A stretch of 22,335 bases of DNA from Ginkgo biloba (Eukaryota; Plantae; Ginkgophyta). Shown here in pieces: positions 1 through 10,561 of the stretch. Under the pieces are notes generated by a model, which saw only the letters and a program-made list of their open reading frames with translations, was not told where the DNA came from and did no database searches. The stretch covers positions 754,854-777,188 of the forward strand of contig JANKJI020000001.1 of NCBI GenBank assembly GCA_024626585.2, written 5' to 3'. Position 1 is the first letter of the stretch. Every line of letters begins with the position of its first letter. A program made the position numbers and the translations under genes.

Positions 1-220
1 TTGATTGATTTGATCGTCTTCTTAGCCAATCATCATCGAACTTGTTCCAATTGTTGATGCTCAGTTATGGAATCCAAGTGATATGGCTACACCCTGATGG
101 TACAAGTACCTCATGGGGATAGCCAAACATTGTGGTAGCCTTCCAAATGAAGTTGGTCCTTTTTTATATAATAACATACCAACCCTTTTAATATACTTAT
201 ATCATTTACTATTTTATGTA

Positions 221-1648
221 TTGGTAATACCTTTTTAATTGACTTCCATTCATCACATTCGATAAATAAACACCATCTAACTATATGAGTTGTACTTTCC
301 CATTATCTTATATAATTTCTATCTTGTATAGACCCAACCATCTAAATTTTATTTTTTCTTGGAGAGTATAAAACTTACTATCATATAGGAGTACTAACTC
401 TCCTGCCTTGAACTATGGTTCACATATGTATTAATTATGCCAAGCCTTTTATCTCTTCTTCTTGACTTCTTAAGATAGAAAATCCCATTGCCTTTTGTAT
501 TTCAATCTGGTGAGTTGGTATAATTGTTCTTATACCAAATCTTGTTCATCTAATCTCTCTTATACTATAATGCATAATATAGGAACCAAAAAATCAAAAG
601 GAATTACTACCTCTAACCCCTACACCATTTGAAATAATGTTGTCCCATGTACCCTCTTTTGTGTAGTGTGTAGTGTAAAAGGTCCATAATATTGAATACA
701 ACTTATCATCCCAGTCTAATCTGTCGATATTGTAATTTTTTATTACAGCCATGTTTAGTACTTTGTTGGTACTCTTACCTTGCACATTCGATTGTGGATA
801 ATAGTGATGAATTTTGGTGGATAATTATGAATTCTTTTGTTAAGTGTTTAATTATGTGATTTAGAAATCCTAATCCTTAGTCACTCATAAGATCTATCAG
901 AAAACTGAATTAGGTGATAATAGATTCATAGATGACTATGGTTATGGTCCTAGAATAGTAATGTCTTAGTAGCCTCACCTCAACCCTCTCAGTGATCACA
1001 TATGTGGCCACTATAATAAATCATATATGGGATCTTAACGCTACAACCTTAAAGTACCAACAAAATCTAGACCCCATTTTTCAAAAGAAGCATGAGCCAA
1101 GATAGGGTTTAANNNNNNNNNNNNNNNNNNNNNNNNNNNNNNNNNNNNNNNNNNNNNNNNNNNNNNNNCACCTACTTCTCTATATCGATGAACATTTTAG
1201 GCCACCATAATCCTACTAGAAATATATTTTGGTAGGTCACATCCTTATAAACATGGCCATCTACCAGGCCTTCATGAGATTGTTGGATGATTGTATTGAC
1301 TTCAGGTGGTAGAAGAACCCCTCACAATATTCCATCTAGTCCCAATTTATATAGAGATACTACAATAAGCTAGTAATTCACTGCTCTTAGTCCCAAACTC
1401 TTTTATTTCTCCCTTTCCATTCCTTAGGGACACTAGCCCGTGGAAAGATAGAAAGTTATCTCTTCATACAAATTTAGAATAGTGGAGATTGTAATTAATG
1501 TGGCATATGGAATGTCATCATTAATTCATGTTGCTTATTCTCCTATTTTTATCTTGGAAAACTTATCTAGGATAACATGCCTTTTGTCAGGTTCTAATAG
1601 TACTTGGAATAAATATTCTTGAAATAATAATAGACATATGTTGATTCT
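221..1648 (-). mobile_element. Degenerate Ty3/Gypsy (Athila/Tat-like, non-chromovirus) pol fragment: RNaseH end, integrase Zn-binding region, catalytic core and GPY/F C-terminus
   Basis: Minus-strand manual translation, collinear: RINICLLLFQEY..PDKRHVILDKFSKI (RNaseH end), LYKLGLDGIL*..SHEGLVDGH..GLWWPKMF (HH half of HHCC region), SFEKWGLDFVG, IIVATYVITERVE, YYPQSNVQGKSTNKVL..DWDDKL..LW, KFRWLGLYKI..DNGKVQL..LDG..MNGSQLKRYY. Many stops; gap at 1113-1168. Confidence 0.92.
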
Positions 1649-1665
1649 TTATCTGGTACTCAAGA

Positions 1666-2036
1666 TGTGTACAATAGAAGTAAGCCAACAAAAAACCCTA
1701 ATAGCTTAAAATAAATTCAAAATACTTCAAATCATAAATTCCCAAGTGGCGGTCATAACTATGGAAATAAAGATGCTTGGAATTTAAATTGAAGTAGTGG
1801 ATTCATAGTCCACAACATTATAGAGCTTGTTGTCTCATGAGAGACTTTAAAATCATAGTTAATAATCCACTTACATGTGATGTTGTAAAAATAACAAGTG
1901 CTTGGTACATGACATAAATCATAGGAAATACCTAGAGAATTTATAAGTGATTGCCTGGTATGAGGAAAGAGAGTCACAAGAGAATTACTAGTTGAAGATT
2001 TCAGCACCCTCTCGACAACAATGTCCTTCTCCTTCT
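1666..2036 (-). mobile_element. Candidate chromovirus 3' LTR (1666-2020) with polypurine tract (2024-2036), abutting the RNaseH of the preceding element
   Basis: Minus strand AGAAGGAGAAGGA-CAT-TGTTGTCG; reads LEGEGH, resembling the RGEG-PPT end at 15181-15192; TG at 1666 on + where Gypsy homology stops. Confidence 0.4.
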
Positions 2037-2201
2037 AATGTGCTCCCAAATTAGAGAAATACTTCCCCCAAGAACTCTATGCTAAATTAAGTCAACAAAT
2101 CGAACCTCAATAGTCGAACCCCAAAACACTAGCATTCTCTCCTTTTGTAGTCCATTTTCCCTAGAATCTGGAAGGCCAATAGTTCTTCCAATGACCTCAA
2201 C

Positions 2202-2527
2202 TGTCGTGGGTGAAAATCTCACGTATGTGCGCCACTTGGTGCATTCCCATGAGGTTTGGGCTCAATGCTTGTGCGCCACACCTTTCGTTTTACCCTCTAT
2301 TTCTGTGGAGCTGCAGGTGCGGATGATTACAACACGTGCCAGCATTGCGCGAGATCGGGGTTCGTGGTTCTCATCAACACTACCCATAGTGTTAACATTG
2401 GGTGGCAGGCTCACGAGATTCTGACAAGTGGCACAGTCTCGTGCGTTTTGGCTCACGCCTCTTGAGGCTTTCACTTGTATTGTGACATTCTCCAGGGCTC
2501 TGGGCACTGCGAGATCTAGACACCTGG
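2202..2527. mobile_element. GC/CpG-rich segment starting TGTCGTGGG, probably the end of a younger LTR; truncated by gap
   Basis: About 16 CpG in ~326 bp versus near absence in flanks; sharp start at a TG dinucleotide; ORFs here carry no recognisable motif. Confidence 0.35.
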
Positions 2528-2627
2528 NNNNNNNNNNNNNNNNNNNNNNNNNNNNNNNNNNNNNNNNNNNNNNNNNNNNNNNNNNNNNNNNNNNNNNNNN
2601 NNNNNNNNNNNNNNNNNNNNNNNNNNN

Positions 2628-3468
2628 GAAGTCCTTACTTAACATAACAGGGTATTTGAGGATTTAACCTAGGACCTTACCCCTAAAAGGGAGCATGACC
2701 ATGCGATTAAAATAATGGTTGGAAGCAATTTTCCAAATGTCAAGCCCTACTGATATCCCTACCAATAGAAGAGAGAGATATAAATTTTGGTATAAGATCT
2801 ATTGGAAGTAATTGATATTACATAAAGAAAGAGATCCTTCTCGACCCCAATAATTCTAGTAAAGAAAATAGATGGGTCCTTCTAGATGTGTGTTGAGTAT
2901 AAAAAATTAAATATGATAAAAATGAAGGATAAATTCCGCATTATAGGAATAAATAAGTTATTAGATGAAATAAATGGATAAATTTGCTTCACTTATCTAT
3001 GCCTATGGTCAAGGTATAATCAAATATGGATAAGGGTAGAAGATACTCATAAAATTGCATTCTAAATTCAAGAAGGTCATTATGAGTTCCTAGTTATGCC
3101 CTTTGGTTTAACTAATGCTCCATCCACCTTCCAAGGCCTTATGAACAAGATCTTTAGACCACATCTGAGGAATTTGGACTTGTATTTTTTGATGATATCC
3201 TAATTTATATCCAAAATTGGGAAGATCACATTAGCCTCATGAGGAAGGTTCTCCAGATTCTCGAATACAATCAACTTTATGCCAAAAGGTCCAAGTGCAA
3301 CTTTGGTAAGAAGGAAGTGGAATATGTGGGGCATATTATATCCAACAAAGGGGTGAAAGTGGACCCGAAGAAAATTTAGGCCATTCTGGCTTGGCCTTCC
3401 CCCAAGATATTAAGTGTCTTAGAGTATTTTGGGGGCTGATCAAATCGTATATAAAATTTATAAAAGCG
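2628..3468 (+). mobile_element. Degenerate Ty3/Gypsy chromovirus-type (Reina/Tekay-like) reverse transcriptase
   Basis: Translates as [80 protein letters not shown] /frameshift/ [47 protein letters not shown]; ends abruptly at the LTR at 3469. Confidence 0.96.
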
Positions 3469-3791
3469 TGTAAGAACTAGAAATAGAATTAATCCAATAC
3501 CAAATGATAAAATAACATAGAAATAGAATAAATTATAGTAGAATTTGTCTACCACAACCTTTATCCAATTCTCATTAATAGGTACAAGATTTAATACATG
3601 TACATATATACAATTCTGGCATTATAACAATCGTTTATGGACTTGCAACTTGTCTTGCAACTCCTGGCACATGTCATCTTAAGGACTGACCCTAAGATGA
3701 CTCACCCTTTTACCAATTTAATATAATAATAAATGCAAAGGGTCCTAAGACATTATATTGTGAATTTAATATATAAACATTAATTCTAACA
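3469..3791 (-). repeat. 3' LTR (323 bp) of a Ty1/Copia element inserted in the Gypsy RT
   Basis: TG..CA ends with imperfect TIR (TGTAAGAA / TTCTAACA); adjacent PPT; homologous to the LTR at 19323-19649. Confidence 0.88.
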
Positions 3792-3799
3792 TTCCCCTT
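3792..3799 (-). other. Polypurine tract of the Copia element
   Basis: Minus strand AAGGGGAA immediately before TGTTAGAA, just after the RNaseH end. Confidence 0.8.
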
Positions 3800-3817
3800 A
3801 AATTTTTATATATTTCT

Positions 3818-3994
3818 TGACACATATCCCATCTCTAAAGTTCTATAATTTGTCATGAGCTAGAGGTTTAGTGAATATTCCAACAATCTACTCTTCGTTC
3901 GGTATGTACACAAGTTCAATATCCCCATTCTATATATTAGTTCTCTGATGAAATGATGATGGACCTCAATATGCTTCATTGTTTCATAAAAAAT
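3818..3994 (-). mobile_element. Ty1/Copia RNaseH C-terminal fragment
   Basis: IFYETMKHIEVHHHFIREL /frameshift/ NGDIELVYIPNEE*IVGIFTKPLAHDKL*NFRDG matches Copia FHxRTKHI..HFIRE..QxADIFTKPL. Confidence 0.93.
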
Positions 3995-4094
3995 NNNNNN
4001 NNNNNNNNNNNNNNNNNNNNNNNNNNNNNNNNNNNNNNNNNNNNNNNNNNNNNNNNNNNNNNNNNNNNNNNNNNNNNNNNNNNNNNNNNNNNNN

Positions 4095-4620
4095 TTTTCT
4101 TCTTGGGTTAATTTTTCATATCCTATTATCTCTTCTAGCAATCTTTAATATGATGTCTAGGTTTACCATAGTGATAACAAGTCAATTTGGGCCTTTGATT
4201 TCCTTTATTGTTCTCACTTTGCTTTTTTCCTTACTAAGGTTGTGTATGGTATTTTTCTTGATTAAAATTATTTTTTCCTTTAAATTTCCCCTTTGGCATG
4301 GGGGTTTGTTCACTAGAACTTGAACTTCCTTGCCTTCTTCTAATCCTTTCCTCTTCTTGGAGAAATAACACACTTAAGTATTCAAATTTAAATATTATCA
4401 TCCACTTATAATAAGGTTATAAGGGAATCATATGTAGATGGATAGATATTAAGTGGGATCTCATCAAGATCCATTTCTTCAATATTTTCACCCATAACCA
4501 CAAGTTGATTTCTAATATCCTTCAATATTATAGTGTGTTTTGTCACATATTGATCATTTAATATTATAAAATTATGTAATTGTCCAAGATTTTGTGCTAA
4601 ATGTACATTGGACTCCTTTT
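4095..4620 (-). mobile_element. Ty1/Copia gag fragment (UBN2-type region plus CCHC zinc knuckle at 4138-4179)
   Basis: LKDIRNQLVVMGENIEEMDLDEIPLNIYPSTYDSLITLL, then KFEYLSVLFLQEEER, then TCYHYGKPRHHIKDC (decayed CX2CX4HX4C). Confidence 0.85.
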
Positions 4621-5529
4621 TTGCATCTCCTTTATGTTGATAGGGGAATGTACCATGGATTCTTTTGTAATTGATGTTTGGAATGGGACTGCAATTCAAG
4701 ACACTCCCCATTTGTCCTATCTTCCTCAACCACAATAGTTCCAAATTTAAATTCCTCCTCAAAAGTGGTTTCCTCTATATCAACTTCCACCTCAACAGAC
4801 ATTATTAACAAACCTCTAGCAACATGCCTAGTTTTTTCCACCACAAAGAACCAAGGTTGTGTCACTCCCTTCTTATCTTTCTCACTATCCTATCACTTCC
4901 TTCATTGTTACCTCGTCTCTGGTATAGTTATAGAGATCTTATTTATTAGCATCAAATACCCCTAATTATTGGATTTTAACCTTCAAAGGCCATCACATTG
5001 CATCTAGAAATGTATTTTTAATTAATGTTATGTTCCCTTAATAGCAAGACAAATCTCAATGGAACACTTCTCTTCATCTTTCCCAAATCAGTTAGATGTT
5101 TCTCCTATATACATCCATTGTAACATCCCATGCCTTTATTAGGAAATCATCATGGTCAAATGACCTCCATTTTTTTTCTATTAGCCACCCAAGAAGGCAT
5201 CTGATCTCCCTCAAAGTTGAACCATAGGTATGGTCATACNNNNNNNNNNNNNNNNNNNNNNNNNNNNNNNNNNNNNNNNNNNNNNNNNNNNNNNNNNNNN
5301 NNNNNNNNNNNNNNNNNNNNNNNNNNNNNNNNNNNNNNNAGATGGGCTCTTTGAAGCTCACTACCAATGATTATAAAAAGTCATTTAAGGAGGTCAAGGT
5401 ACTCTAGATGCAATAAGAGGAATATAAAAGGTGGATTGCATTCTTATAGTAATAGGTGAAATAGAGGCCGATTAGTTCAGTGGTTTATAACACCATGGAG
5501 GAAGAGAGTTTAAAGAAGAATTATGAAGT

Positions 5530-6423
5530 TTTGATTCTCATCCAATTCCTATATTAGGCAATTAAGTTAGGAATTTAAATGTTGGATTATAGACCGCCGA
5601 CCAGAGTGTACATGCATTATTGTAGATTGAAATATTTATGAGTATGTAGTTGAGGTACATAAATTCTAAGGCCCCATTACTAAATAATGATATTAAAATT
5701 TTGAAGGCCTTTTAGGGCATAACTCACTTGGATGATAATAATTTGGTCACAAAGATGTATATGGTATGGGTGTTGCTTCCGAAACTAATGGATTATAACC
5801 CTAATTATCTAATGGGTTATATCCATATTCGAGGGACAATTTCCTCTTTGAAAGTAGAAATATGATGATATCAACACATGGATTTGTATCTAAAAAGGGA
5901 GCTTGAGGTCAAATAATTGGTGCTAAAAAATTTCTTGGATGTTTATCAATTAATAAGAAAGCATGAGAAATGTCTCTAATTGCCAGGAGTTCAGGTTGAC
6001 TATAAATTCAAATTGGAGTTTATTCTCATTTTTTGGCAAGAGGATAAAGTGCACATGGAGGTACAAGTAATGGTTGGAGCCAGAGCAAGATGTGGAGAGT
6101 TGACAATAGAATTAAGGTATATGGAGCCTTATATAGACATGATATATTAACATGTATTATGAAGGCATGAAATAATGGGAGTAAACATAAATAATTTGAG
6201 GAGTGTATGGATCAAGATGAAATTCTTCCCTAATTCCATGATCATTCCATTCCTTAATATATTTTAATCTAGGCAATATAGTAAATCCAAATCTTGAATC
6301 CTCTAGAGGGGTCTTCCATCCATGGATGACCATGTCTTGAGAGTCTCGATGTTTATGTCAAATTATTTTCATGAGGTCTACCAATTGATGAAGGATACAT
6401 TCTTAGAATATAAGAGGAAGGAA
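5530..6423 (+). mobile_element. Very degenerate, internally deleted Gypsy pol relic
   Basis: Weak motifs in canonical order: DSHPIPI (DxFPIP), YEYVV, IKILKAF*GIT (LRGFLGLT), DVYGMGVA (DASGxGIG), FESR, RYMEPY (RxxGPY), IL*RGLPSMD (chromodomain-like), purine run AAGAGGAAGGAAG. Confidence 0.45.
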
Positions 6424-6730
6424 GTTTAAGTTAACAGGAAAATGTACAAATTAGATCAAGAAGTAAAGGTTATGAAAAGATCCAAGAGAAGAGAACAAGA
6501 ATGCATTTACTTCCAAAATAGAAATAGCAGAGATAAGTTCTCGCTACAAGATTCGACAACTACAAAGGTAACAAGAACTTCTCTCAAGCCTTATCACTTA
6601 AAAGTAATTCAAAGTTGTAAAGATTTGAGATGATCAAAACTTTCACCATGAATGAAAGAACATAGTAAGTTTGGAAGCTTAGGAAGTGTCAAAGTTATAT
6701 TTAGCATATTTTAAGATTACCAAGTTCAAG

Positions 6731-6902
6731 TTATAAATAGTATAAGTCATTTATGATCTAGAAGACCGTGTGAGAGCCGAGTATTACTCCTTTATATTTG
6801 GATTCTAGCATTAAATGCTAGATTCCACGAAGACCAAATGATGGTTTAAGTGGGTCCCATTGGGTCACGCCATTTTTTTACCAACATTTGGTTTCGTTGC
6901 CG
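6731..6902 (+). promoter_or_regulatory. Probable 3' part of a 5' LTR: TATA box (TATAAATAG, ~6732), LTR end ..CCAACA (6886) and tRNA-Asp-like PBS (6889-6902)
   Basis: CA-TT-TGGTTTCGTTGCCG matches 11/14 of the Athila-type PBS TGGCGCCGTTGCCG, two mismatches being C>T. Confidence 0.5.
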
Positions 6903-8340
6903 ATTTTCGTAGACNNNNNNNNNNNNNNNNNNNNNNNNNNNNNNNNNNNNNNNNNNNNNNNNNNNNNNNNNNNNNNNNNNNNNNNNNNNNNNNNNNNNNN
7001 NNNNNNNNNNNNNNNNNNNNNNNNNNNNNNNNNNNNNNNNNNNNNNNNNNNNNNNNNNNNNNNNNNNNNNNNNNNNNNNNNNNNNNNNNNNNNNNNNNNN
7101 NNNNNNNNNNNNNNNTGAAGGTAATTTACTTTCATATTAGTTGTATACATATTTCCTTTAGTTGATCAAAATTCACTTACATCTTAGGTGTAGGTATCTC
7201 TCTATCAATTAATGGGAAGTTATTTACAACTAAAGTGCAAGTATGTATGTCACTACTAATGAATTAACTATTGTACTTATAATAAAATATAATCATATTT
7301 ATTAGTTATAGGTAAGGTTTATCACTTAACAAAAACTTATTTTATGTGTAAAATACTTAATTTCTATTAATAAAGAGTATGAAATTTCTCTTACTATTAG
7401 GAGGTTGTTATTGGGTTCCATGTATTCTCTAAACTATGATGGTGTTGGGTGGATGGTTCATGCCAACATAGAGAACTAATAAATTATCTCATTGTTAGAA
7501 AAGGATTTTATATTCCTTTTTATTTTCCTTTATGCAATTTATTTCTACATAATTTGTATTTGTGCAATCTTTCCTTCTAATTGTATAGTTAGTTAGACAT
7601 GTAGTGGTTTCTCCCTAGATATTGTTTGAAAGGCATCTCGTATCTATGATAATTCTTAAATGAGGGATTGTGGATTTTATCTCCCGTTCATTTTTTAAAG
7701 TAAAGACTTATCTAGATTGATAATTAATGACCACCTATGAAGTTAGTCAGTGTAGATGGAAAAAGGCATAACACTACACAATTTCACAAAAAACATGGTA
7801 ATTATTTATAAAATAATGGAAGTTTATAGCGGTGTTCAAACTTCTGGAAATTCCAAGAAATATCACATTGATTCTTTTATGCCCTAAAATCATATAGCAT
7901 TTTCGTGCAAATTTACAGTGATTTAGAAAATCAATAAATAGGGCTAATAAATGATAAAAAATCACAAAAATAAAATTAAAAAAATGGAAAATTGGAATAA
8001 TGTAAATTTGTGGTCATACCTCTAGGTGATGTGGTCGATAATATCTAGTTAGAAATCTCTAATATTGTAAGGAAGGTAGTCACACTTCTTTCTACTTGTC
8101 TAAATTGACCAAGTGTCAAGTGAGCAAATAATTTTTAAATTAGGTAGTATGAACTATTTATATCAAATTATTGACCAAAAATAGATGAAATGGAGTTTGA
8201 GCACATGGTAAGAGTGATGATATAGTAGCTAACTTAGCATGCCACTATATGTTTGGCACTCTTTTGCCTTATTATTATAATTTTTACTTTTATAGGCCTC
8301 TAAATTCTTGAAATTTATTACACCTTGCATTATTATTGTA

Positions 8341-8557
8341 TCGTATCCTTTTATTATGTCACAGATTTTTTCCAACTAATAAATATGTGTGGTATTATTC
8401 CTCTATTGCTCATCACTTCTCCCTACAATACCACAACCCTTTTCAACATTACACCATTTTTTCAAATCATAAATATACATGGTCTTGTGACTTTATTGGT
8501 CATCATTGCTCCATATAATTTTGTGGACTTTTATAATGTCACATCCTTTTATACTTT
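8341..8557. repeat. Diverged tandem repeat, 90-bp period (~2.4 copies) with 18-bp sub-period
   Basis: AAATAT at 8381/8471, CTCTATTGCTCATCA at 8401 vs CTTTATTGGTCATCA at 8491, CTTTTATwATGTCACA at 8348/8528; no indels. Confidence 0.8.
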
Positions 8558-9999
8558 TATTCTTTACTTTGAGGCATTTACTAACTTCATTCAATCTTAA
8601 TCATCAATCAATAAGAGTCAAGTCCTTTTATTATCTGTTGCAAGTTTTTATATTTTTAAAGTTTGCCTTTGTGGTATCCTTATGAATTTAATTATTTATT
8701 TTTAGCCAAGTTTTTTGAGTTTGTAGTATGAAGTTCATTATAAGTATTTGTGACTAGAATTGTTGAAGATTTATGGCGAAGATATTGTAAAACCCTATGT
8801 GATAAAATAGTTTTCGGTGAAAGAAAATTAGTTAGGTTTTTGGCCATGTGTGTTAGTGGATTTTCATAAAAGGATTCATGAACTGATATAGAGAAGACAA
8901 TGACTTTATTTGTGATTGTGCGAAGCTGTTCTTCTATTTTTTGTTATGTGGTTTAAATCTTTAAATATTTAAATCTGATGGTAGAGCTAGTTGTAGCAGT
9001 AAAAGATGGTTCTAAGTCCATTATGAAGAGGTAGAGATATTTATTTTTGTATCCCTGAGTTAAATGGAATTGGTTCTAATTGATACAAGGCCTAATTAAT
9101 GAAAAATATGTGGCAACCATAGTGTCTTATAGCAAACCATCAGGAATATTCATAGAGGAAATAAAAAAATGCTCAGGGGATGAAGATCTGAAGTGACTTA
9201 AGATAGAGACAACCACATTGATGTAACCATGGAAAATTATGGACTATAATGGGCTCCTTGTAGAAAACATTGGTTATGGTGAAAAAGGTCCACTTTTTTC
9301 TATCTTGAAGGTAACTATAGTATGGTACATTATAGTGGGCCATGTCTATGTAGAGAGAAGGCTATGGTGATGATGGAAATACTATCATGGAACCATTGTG
9401 AAGATAAAATTATGTGGGATGTTATAAAAAAGAAACTAATAAAGGAACAATTGATGTAGCCATAGAAGAGACAACATTTTTTCATGAAGCAATGGCCAAA
9501 TCTACAATGTGAATGGTAGTGGTGAAAAGAAGCAAACAACGTATGCATTCAATGATGTAGAAGGTAAAACAATGGCCATGGAAGATTCATGGTAGAAGTG
9601 AGCAATGGATACCTCTCTAATTGTTCATAGAAAGTGGCCATGGATTTATTGTCAAGCACATGAAGTGATTCAATTAAGAGAAGATCAAATAGTCGCAGGC
9701 AATGATCGAGAAAATACATAGGTTTAGAGGTGACAGTGGATAAATTTTAAAAAGGAAATGTTAGGGTTTTAAAGGTTCCTTGTAATTTAATTTGTTTAGA
9801 ATATGGTTGAAGTCCACACTCTAAAGTCTCACTACCCCCCTAAAGATTAAGACACAATCATATGATTATGGTGTATAAGTCCCTTTGTTATCTAAATTTG
9901 TGGTCATATTGATGTATTCAAATGTAATCGACTGATGACATGGTTTGATATAATGATGTATGACCTAGTATGTTAATGTAACATGCAAAATATTAGTTT

Positions 10000-10090
10000 A
10001 AGGGGGGAATGTTGATATTATTCAATGGTAGATTAATATTATAATTTAAAGGGTCATCAAGATTTGAAATGTTAGGGGGAATGTCAAGGG
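10000..10090 (+). other. Two PPT-TG junctions (candidate 3' LTR starts at 10010 and 10082)
   Basis: AAGGGGGGAA|TGTTGA at 10000-10015 and AGGGGGAA|TGTCAA at 10074-10087. Confidence 0.5.
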
Positions 10091-10512
10091 TCCAGGATAT
10101 AAAGAGTTAGTTAGAACTGAAGAGTCACTATAATGTCTATATATTAGAGATGCTTTAGTGGTTAGGCATCTATTCCTAGTATGAGTAGATCCTAGGTACT
10201 GGTTTGAAATTTTATAAGTTGGTACCACCATGTTAAAAAAGTTATATGTTTATGTGATTATTATGGTTGTATTATGATCCTTTCCTTTTGTAAATTTTAA
10301 TAGTAAGGCCCAAGTGTTGAATCCAAAGAATCAAGAGAAAGAATACTAGATAGACCATCAAGTAGAGGTAGATCAGGAGGATGATTTAAGTTTGTGAATA
10401 TCTAAGTAGAACATTTGATGGAGGAAACTTGTGGAAGAGTTTAACAACCAATAAAAGGCCAAGATAGAGATAATCAAAAGAGGCATTCAGGATTCTGTGA
10501 GGTGCACATAAC

Positions 10513-10561
10513 TTGAGTAGAGTCGAGTAGGTCACCATTTAAGTAGAGTTGAGTAGGTCAC
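10513..10561. repeat. 26-bp tandem repeat running into an assembly gap
   Basis: TTGAGTAGAGTCGAGTAGGTCACCAT followed by TTAAGTAGAGTTGAGTAGGTCAC then N. Confidence 0.8.

Noticed and set aside
4805-4860. Possible second zinc knuckle (WFFVVEKTRHVARGL)
   Set aside because: No cysteines retained; too degenerate to call.
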